Below, in pieces: positions 51,319-64,000 of a stretch of DNA of 64,000 bases. Source of the DNA: Dictyostelium discoideum (lineage: Eukaryota); contig CM000153.2 of assembly GCA_000004695.1 (NCBI GenBank), positions 4,960,001-5,024,000 on the forward strand. The letters are read 5' to 3'. The notes under the pieces were generated by a model, which saw only the letters and a program-made list of their open reading frames with translations, was not told the origin of the DNA and did not search any database. How positions within the stretch are numbered: the first letter of the stretch is position 1; every line of letters starts with the position of its first letter. The position numbers and the translations under genes are program-made.

Positions 51319-52971
51319 ATGAATAGATTAACAAATATATCAAAAATTAGAAAATCATTAATAGATGGAAAATTAAAAGTGAATGATTTAGTTTTAAATA
51401 AAATCAAAGAGATTAATAAAGTTTCACCAAATCATTTAAATACATTTATTTCACTTCAAGATGAGAAATCATTAGGGAAACAAATTAAAGAGAGTCAAGA
51501 GAGATATGATAATGGTACAAATAAAAGATTAGATGGTATACCAATTGGTGTAAAAGATAATTTCTCAAGTAAAAATTTTAAAACAACTTGTGGTTCAAAG
51601 ATTTTAGAGAATTATATACCAAGTTTTGATTCAACTGTTGTTAAATTATTAAAAGAGGAAGGTGCAATAATTATTGGTAAAACTAATATGGATGAATTTT
51701 CAATGGGTTCATCTTCAACTTCTGGTCATTTTGGTAAAGTAATTAATCCATGGAGTAAACCAAATAATAATAATAACAATGATAATGATAATAATAATAA
51801 TGGAGAGGTTTTATATGTTGCAGGTGGTTCATCAGGTGGTTCGGCAGCAGCAGTTGCTTCAAATTATTGTGTTGCATCAATTGGATCAGATACAGGTGGT
51901 TCAATTAGACAACCATCATCATATTGTGGTGTTGTTGGTTTTAAACCATCCTATGGTTTAATATCACGTTTTGGTTTAGTTGCATATGCTTCATCATTAG
52001 ATACACCTGGTGTTTTAACTAATAATGTTGAAGATGCTGCTGAATTATTAGATATTTTAATTAAAAAAGATCAAGAAAATGATTCAACTTCAATTGAATT
52101 TATAAATAATAATCAAAATCAAAATCAAAATAATGGTGAAAAAAGGAATATTTTAGATGAATTTAATGAAAAATTAAAAAATAAAAATATAAAAGATTTA
52201 GTATTTGGTATACCAAAAGATTATTTAGTTAAAGAATTAGATACAGATATACTTAACCTTTGGAAAGAAGTTGTTGAAGAAATTGAAAAAAGAGGTGGTA
52301 AAGTTGTATCAGTTAGTTTACCACATACTCGTTATGCATTACCAGCTTATTATTTATTAGCAACATCTGAAGCAAGTTCAAACCTTTCAAGATTTGATGG
52401 TGTTAGATATGGTTATAGATTTGAAGAAGAAAAAGATGAAAATAAAGTAGATAATGATAATGATGATGATGATGATGTTGATGAAAATAAAATTGGTATG
52501 GGATTAAAAGATATGTATACAAAAACTAGAACAAATGGTTTTGGCGAAGAAGTTAAAAAAAGAATTATACTTGGTACAATGGCATTATCAAGATCATCAT
52601 ATGATAATTTCTATACAAAAGCTCAAAAGATTAGAAGATTAGTATCAGATGATTTTAAAAATGTTTTCCAAGGTGAAAATAAAGTAGATATTTTAATAAC
52701 ACCAACTGCACCATCTCCAGCATTTAAACAAAATGAAAAAATGGATCCAATCGAAGTTTATGTAAATGATATTATGACAATACCTTCAAATTTAGCAGGT
52801 TTACCAGCATGTTCAATTCCTTTAAAACTTTCAAATTCAAATTTACCAATTTCAGTTCAACTAATTTCAAATCGTTTAACTGATGATAATTTATTATTTG
52901 CAGCTCATACAATTATGAATTTTGATTGTTACAAAGATTTTACATCACTTACACCAAATTATTTAAAATAA
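51319..52971 (+). CDS. gatA: Glutamyl-tRNA(Gln) amidotransferase subunit A (amidase-signature enzyme, organellar GatA)
   Basis: It carries the amidase signature GGSSGGSAAAVAS plus the catalytic Ser-cisSer-Lys context (KDNF...TTCGSK). The N-terminal half is collinear with GatA, with an acidic/Asn insert at about residue 370. Confidence 0.85.
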   Translation: MNRLTNISKIRKSLIDGKLKVNDLVLNKIKEINKVSPNHLNTFISLQDEKSLGKQIKESQERYDNGTNKRLDGIPIGVKDNFSSKNFKTTCGSKILENYIPSFDSTVVKLLKEEGAIIIGKTNMDEFSMGSSSTSGHFGKVINPWSKPNNNNNNDNDNNNNGEVLYVAGGSSGGSAAAVASNYCVASIGSDTGGSIRQPSSYCGVVGFKPSYGLISRFGLVAYASSLDTPGVLTNNVEDAAELLDILIKKDQENDSTSIEFINNNQNQNQNNGEKRNILDEFNEKLKNKNIKDLVFGIPKDYLVKELDTDILNLWKEVVEEIEKRGGKVVSVSLPHTRYALPAYYLLATSEASSNLSRFDGVRYGYRFEEEKDENKVDNDNDDDDDVDENKIGMGLKDMYTKTRTNGFGEEVKKRIILGTMALSRSSYDNFYTKAQKIRRLVSDDFKNVFQGENKVDILITPTAPSPAFKQNEKMDPIEVYVNDIMTIPSNLAGLPACSIPLKLSNSNLPISVQLISNRLTDDNLLFAAHTIMNFDCYKDFTSLTPNYLK

Positions 52972-53004
52972 TAAAATAAAAATTATAAACACTATAGTGT
53001 TTGT

Positions 53005-57830
<4,826 letters not shown>

Positions 57831-58336
57831 TTTTTTATATCTTGTTACCCTTTTAAAAGAAAATAAAAATGTTTAGGTTTTATTTCTTTTTTTTTTTTTT
57901 TTTTTTTTTTTTGTATGTGATGATATCATTGTTTAAATTGTTATTAAAATAAAAATTAAAAAATAAATAAAAAAAATAAAACAATAAAAAAATAAAAAAA
58001 TTGTATCAAATTAAAGATATATATATATCACCCGCAAATAATAACATGATCCATATCATTGTAAAATAACCTTTCTGTGTGTTTGGGGGTGTTAATATAG
58101 TGTGTATTTTAAATTTGGGGGTAAAAAAAAAAAAAAATTGCTGGTAACCTTTAAAACTAATAAACAACCCCTAAATAATAATAATTTTATAATAAATCCC
58201 TAAAAAAAAAAAATAAAAAAAAAAAGGTAGATAATGTAAATTGACATAATAAGTTTGTAAATGTGTAAATATTTATTTATTTATTTATTTATTTATTTTT
58301 TATTAATTTTTTTTATATTTTTTTTTATTTATTTAA

Positions 58337-58897
58337 TTAGTTTTTATAATAATTTAATAATTCAATGTAAGGATTACCAGTTATATTTAATAATTTTGCA
58401 AAAGCAGGTTCAGTTTTTAAACCAAACTTTTTTAAATTTATAATATCATTTTTAAATGATTCACCTTTTTCAAAAAGGATTTGATATTCAATTATCATAT
58501 GTCTATAAGCATTTTGTTGTTTTGTTGGTATATTTTGACAAAATATTTCAAATTGGAAACCATCGATTTCAAATTCAGAGAAAATAGTTTCAACACCATT
58601 TACAATATGATTTTTTTTTATTTTAAAATCTTTATAACTTGAAAAGTTTTTCTCTATTGTTGAAATTAATTTCTCTTTATTATTATCATCATCATGATCT
58701 TTCCAACAACAACAAATGTCTAAATCTGAACCTATTATATCAATTTCAATTGGTATTGTACCTGCTAAAATTGGTTCAAACTCTTTTAAAATTTCTATAA
58801 TTTTATTTTCTTTTAATATTTTATATGCATTCTTTTGAACTTGATTCGAACTTTCCTCATTTAAATATTCGATATTATTGAATTTATAAATATCCAT
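58337..58897 (-). CDS. Small nucleotidyltransferase-fold protein (DUF4269-like), 186 aa, intronless
   Basis: It has the minimal NTase signature hG[ST]x(9-12)[DE]hDh as AGTIPIEIDIIGSDLDI. It has no low-complexity tracts or introns. The ORF is clean from ATG 58897. Confidence 0.65.
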   Translation of the reverse strand: MDIYKFNNIEYLNEESSNQVQKNAYKILKENKIIEILKEFEPILAGTIPIEIDIIGSDLDICCCWKDHDDDNNKEKLISTIEKNFSSYKDFKIKKNHIVNGVETIFSEFEIDGFQFEIFCQNIPTKQQNAYRHMIIEYQILFEKGESFKNDIINLKKFGLKTEPAFAKLLNITGNPYIELLNYYKN

Positions 58898-59239
58898 GAT
58901 TGGCTTTTTTTTTTTTTTTTTTTTTTATTTTAAAAGAATTAAACGGCCAATACGGCTTTTTTTTTTCAATTTTTTCAATTTTTTTCTTGAAAATTCTTTA
59001 TTTTATTTATTTTTTATTTATTTTTTTTTAATTTTTTTTAAAATTAAAAATCTTAGTCACTTACCTTTTGAAAAAAAAGAAAAAATCTGTGGTAGAGTAC
59101 CCTAATTTATTGGGAATCAAAAAAAAAAAAAAATTAAAAAAAATTAAACAAAAAGGACCTTTTTAAAAAAAAAAAAAAAAGTATAAATTTAAAACCATAA
59201 TGGTTTTATAAAAAATAAACCGACCAAGTAACCATAGAA

Positions 59240-59724
59240 ATGAAAATATTAGTACTCTTATTATTTTTTTCTATATGTATTGTAAGCTATTCAGTCCAAA
59301 TAGAACAAAATGATTGTATGTTTAATAATTTTTTAATTTTATTTTTGTTTTTCTATTTTTATTTTTCTATTTTTATTTTTTTTATTTTCATTTTTTTATT
59401 TTTATTTTTTTTATTTTTTTTATTTTTCTATTTTTATTTTTATTTTGCTGACCTTCAGAAAAAAAAAAAAAAAAAAAAGATAAATGTCTTGATAATTTAT
59501 TTACTAAAATAGGGAATTTACCTTTATATACTCTTAATACAACGACTCAACAAAGAAATTACTGTGGAACAAACGGTTTAAATATTATCACTTGTTTCAA
59601 TGATACCGTCCAAAGAATTACAATTAGACATGTACCAGCGAAAAAAAATAAATTACTTTCAACTATTGATCTTATTTGTTTTAATTCTTTGATATCGATG
59701 TAATTATTATTTTAATTCTATTTT

Positions 59725-59759
<35 letters not shown>

Positions 59760-59796
59760 TTTTAATTTTTTTTTTCCCAAATATCTAATTTTAATC

Positions 59797-59828
<32 letters not shown>

Positions 59829-60885
59829 TAAATAATAAATAAAAAGAGCTGTTATTGATGCCAATACCGAAAACAATTTCCTTTATGGTGAATTTCCATT
59901 AAAACTCGAAAGTCTTCGTTTGGATAATGGTAATCTAACTTCATTATTTAATTATGTTGATCTTTCATTAGGTTTTAATAATACAATAGTCAGGAATCAA
60001 ATTAAAAAACTTATTTTATATGGTGGAGTTTCAAAATCTGAAAATGTAAATATATATTTTTCAACACTTTCACATTTTTCCAACCTATATTTCTATATCG
60101 AAGATGGTGCCACAATAACAAACCAAACAAATTTCAATTTTATAAATGATTTAAATGAAACAAAGAAATCATCATTCCAATCAATTACAACCTATTGTTC
60201 AAATGTACCATCATTAGACTATAATAATGTTATTTTAAACTATGTGTAAGTTTTTATTTTCTTTTATTTTAAATAAAAATAATAGATAAATAAAATACTA
60301 ATATTAATATGTTTAAAAAACAAAAAAAAAAAAAAGTGAATTTACATATTTACCAAGTTTTGATTATGAATCAGTTTCAAATTATTCAACATATTCAAAT
60401 GTTGTTTCTCTTGAACTTAATTCCAATAAAAATGATCAAGTTTACCCATTCCCATTAGGCCTTTCTAAAATTCCGCCTGGTAATCAGTTAACTTCTTTGT
60501 ATGTTTTAAAGTAATATTATTATTTATTACCCATAAATTAACTTTTTTTTTAATTTTTTTAATTTTTTTAATTTTTTATTAAACATAGATCTATTAATCA
60601 TTTAATAGAAAAGCCTCCTTACTTTATAGATTTATCAAATTTAGATTCAAACATTAGTAGAGGAATATATACTAGTAATCAAATGTTTGTATTAAAAAAT
60701 AAAAAAAAATAAAAAAAATAAAAAAAATAAAAAATAAACTAACTATAATATTATTTTTTTTTTTTTTTTTTTCTAAATAAATAAAAAAAAGAGAAATTTT
60801 AAATGCTGGCAATTCTTTCAATATAGATGGAGTATTTCCCTTCACTTCTTTCCCCAAATATTTAGATTCTTTGTAATTATTAAAT

Positions 60886-60929
<44 letters not shown>

Positions 60930-62826
60930 AATATTATTAATTGATAACTAATATTTCCTTATTTCTTTATTTAGTACCTTTGAATATGGAAATTTAAGCA
61001 GATTACCAGATTTTGAAAATATTTTTAATGAAAATATTGAGTATATAGATATAAGTAATAATATAATTACTGAGAATATAACTAGAACATTAGAATGGCC
61101 AGGAAGAACTATTACACTTTACCTAAGAAACAATCATTTGAAAGGATCAATCGATGAAAGTTGGTGCAAATTTAATCTTGAGATTTATGGAAACTCTCTA
61201 AGTGGTGAAGCTCCATCATGTTTTGTTTGCCACATTAATAGTAATTCCTTTGCTATAACTGGTAACGCATTCTCAAATATGGAACTAAAACCACCATGTA
61301 CCTCTGTGATTTTAAATTTATGGTATGATAATTCGACAAAACTATTGTTTTTGTATGGTCAAGATATTGGATTTGCAAGATCAGATTTTAAATTATCACC
61401 ATCTTCATTCAACCCTTATTGTGGCCTTTTGGATGAAAAGGTTTATGAGAATGTTAGAAATGGTTTGTTTTGTTTAAATTATAGTCTACCTGGTCCAGTT
61501 CCCTTACATATAAATATTACCTACCCAAAAATGCCCTCAAATTCTCCAGTTAAAACATTTGAAATCTCAGCTTACAATATGTATTTACCATTAATTAATA
61601 GTGTTTCAAAAGATTCAAAAACCAATCTATATACTATCGATGGTCAATACTTTGCATACAATAGTACTGTTATTACCGTTTTAGTTGATTCTCAAATTTG
61701 TATTGTAGTATCTTGTAATTTTAGAGAAATCAAATGTTTACTATCGAAAAACAACAACAATAATAAAAACAACATGATTAATACCAATTATTTACTATCC
61801 GTTCAAATTATGAATGTTTCATCAAATTTCAATTTAACTAAATGTCCAAATGATTGTAGTGGCGCTGGTATTTGTGATTTAAATTTAGGTATATGTTCAT
61901 GTAATTCAAATAGAATATTTGATGATTGTAGTGGTTTCAAATGTATTGGAGATTGTACTAGTTTAACAAATTCTGAATGTAACTTTACAATTGGTAAATG
62001 TGAATGTATATCAGGATGGGAAGGTGATGATTGTAAAACTCAATTATTTTGTCCAAATGATTGTAGTGGTAGTGATGCAGGTAATTGTGATTATATAACC
62101 AAAACATGTAATTGTAAACAAGGTAGAACATTTGCATGCAATACTGATTGTTTAAACGATTCAAAATGTAATTTTACAATTGGCAAATGTGAATGTATAC
62201 CAGGGTGGGAAGGTGATGGTTGCAGTATTCGACCAAAATGTCAAAATGATTGTAGTGGTGGTGATGCAGGTAATTGTAATTATATAACTAAAACATGTAT
62301 TTGTAAACAAGGTAGAGCATTAGATGATTGTAGTGGATTTGCATGCAATATTGATTGTTTAAACGATTCAAAATGTAATTTTACTATTGGCAAATGTGAA
62401 TGTAAAGATGGATGGGAAGGTGATAATTGTAACACTAAGCAACCAAATTGTCCAAACAATTGTAGCGAATCAGGTATTTGTGACCGTTCAACTTTGAAAT
62501 GTTTATGTGACTCTGATAGATTATTTGAAGACTGTAGTGGATTGAAATGTATTATAAATTGTAATAACAATTCAATATGCAATAATAAAATTGGTAAATG
62601 CGAATGTCTATCAGGTTGGTTTGGTGATAGTTGTGAAAATTCAGAAAAATCTTCATCTGAATCCTCTGAATCTTCTGAATCTTTATCAAAATCAAACAAA
62701 ACCAAAGTTATATTACTATGCACTATATTGCCATCTATTGCATTGATAGGTATAATTTTGGTGGTCATTTCATTAAAAAAAAGAAAAAATGAAGATCAAT
62801 ATAAGTACCACATTAAATTAAAATAA
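59240..62826 (+). CDS. Receptor-like type-I membrane protein: signal peptide, LRR-like N-terminal region, at least 6 tandem tenascin-type EGF-like repeats, TM, short basic tail; ~7 exons (approx. join 59240..59315,59480..59699,59847..60245,60337..60510,60589..60684,60792..60872,60975..62826)
   Basis: Exon 1 is MKILVLLLFFSICIVSYSVQIEQND, then T|GTATGT. The 5' sites at exons 3 and 4 are canonical (GTAAGT/GTAATA) and phases are consistent. The weakest junction is exon 5/6. EGF repeats have the form CPNDCSG.G.C......C.C......DDCSG. The TM is ILLCTILPSIALIGIILVVISL and the tail KKRKNEDQYKYHIKLK. Confidence 0.5.
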
Positions 62827-62921
62827 ACGTTACCTATGTACTAATATACTAGTTCATCAAGTGAATTAATAAATAAAATTTTTAAATCTATTAAACTAGT
62901 TTTATTACAATTTATTTTTTT

Positions 62922-63576
62922 TTATTTTTGTTGTTGTTGTATTTGTTGTAAATATTGTTCAATTATTGGATTTGATAAAGTTAAAAGTTGTTTATACATT
63001 TCTTTTTTAAATGGTACAGGTAAAGTTTGATCATTATTGTTTGGTTGTTCTTCTTGATTTAAAAAATCATCAAAATTGAACCATTTACATTCGTCAAATT
63101 CTGGTTTTTCTTCAAATCCTAAATCAATCAATGATATTAAATCTTTTGGTAAAAAGAATAAATGCCAATGAATCATTTGGCCATTATGATTAAAAACTTT
63201 ACCAATTGCTTTTGTAATTGAATTTTTATATTCATAGAGATAAGATAATGGTTCCTCTATTTTTGATACAAATCTCAATTTATCATCTGTTACTTCTAAG
63301 CCAACCTCTTCTTTTATTTCTCTTAAAACTGCAACATAATAATCCTCATCCCTCCCTGCTTCCACACCACCTTGTGGAAATTGCCACTATTATTATTATT
63401 ATTAATTAAGAATTTACTTTAATAAAATGAAAGAAATAAAAATAAAAATAAAATAAAAAGAAAACTACCTTTCCAACTGCAGTTTTCTTTTTTGATGCTC
63501 TTTTACACACCAAAACTTGTCCCTGATCATTAAAAATTAATGCACCAACACAACTTCTATATTTAATATTACTCAT
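62922..63576 (-). CDS. Nudix hydrolase (Ap4A-hydrolase-like); model join(63576..63469,63386..62922)
   Basis: Exon 1 is MSNIKYRSCVGALIFNDQGQVLVCKRASKKKTAVGK, then GTAGTT at 63468. The 82-nt intron ends AATAATAG at 63387 in phase 0. Exon 2 is WQFPQGGVEAGRDEDYYVAVLREIKEEVGLEV, which is the Nudix box GX5EX7REUXEEXGU. Confidence 0.75.
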
Positions 63577-64000
63577 TTTATTTAATTTATATAATTTTAT
63601 AATTTCTTGTATCTCTTTTTTTTTTTTTAATTTTTAATTTTTTTTTTTTTTTTTTTTTGAAATTAAATACTGAAAATAAATTAAAAAGATTTTTTCTAAA
63701 AAATTTCTGATTTTTTAAACAGTGTTGGTGGAGATATATTTTATATTATTTTATTTTTTTTAAAAAAAAATTCAAATAAAAAAAATTAAAATAGACATAG
63801 TGTTTGATTAATTTTAAGATCAAAAAATAAATAAAATAAATAAAAGTTTAGAATTAAATATTAGCATTAATAAAAAGAAATAAAAAAATAAAAAAATAAA
63901 AAAAAATAAAAAAATAAAAAAAAATAAAAAAATAAAAAAAAATAAAAAAATAAAAAAAATAAAAAAAAAGCACGAAAATGTTGGCTGTAATGGTACTTTT

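Overview
The window is AT-rich (about 75-80% AT) nuclear DNA of a Dictyostelium-type social amoeba. Supporting signs are poly-Asn/Gln tracts encoded by (AAT)n/(CAA)n, short AT-rich introns with GTAAGT/GTAAAT...AG borders, and homopolymer-rich intergenic DNA. I can support about 25 protein-coding genes, one tRNA, and one tRNA-targeted retrotransposon insertion.

Main contents:
- Four GATA zinc-finger transcription-factor genes. Three of them are clear paralogs that share exon-1/intron architecture and an unusual CX2C-X20-CX2C finger.
- An AGC-family (MAST/Greatwall-like) protein kinase.
- A short-chain dehydrogenase gene present in three near-identical copies. Two copies are direct and one is inverted, and two copies sit head-to-head as a palindrome. 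Each copy carries about 240 bp of upstream sequence with a conserved dyad motif.
- A divergently transcribed pair of large IPT/TIG-repeat type-I membrane glycoprotein genes with a shared roughly 0.5 kb promoter (22.2-28.4 kb). One partner has a long cytoplasmic tail and the other a very short one. This is the architecture of the Dictyostelium tgrB1-tgrC1 allorecognition locus. Degenerate fragments of the same coding sequence lie 0.1 kb and about 7 kb downstream.
- A glyoxalase/VOC gene, several secreted Cys-rich protein genes, a FNIP-repeat gene, a GNAT acetyltransferase, the GatA amidase, a Nudix hydrolase, and a small nucleotidyltransferase-fold protein that looks bacterial in origin.
- Three very large multi-exon membrane proteins with EGF-like modules. 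Two of them are paralogs.
- tRNA-Phe(GAA) with a downstream external B box. About 80 bp further downstream is a 5'-truncated TRE3-like non-LTR retrotransposon insertion, bounded by a perfect 16-bp target-site duplication and interrupted by a 100-N assembly gap.

Several palindromes, tandem repeats and recurring C-rich motifs are also noted. No prokaryotic-style operons, CRISPR arrays or rRNA genes are present.
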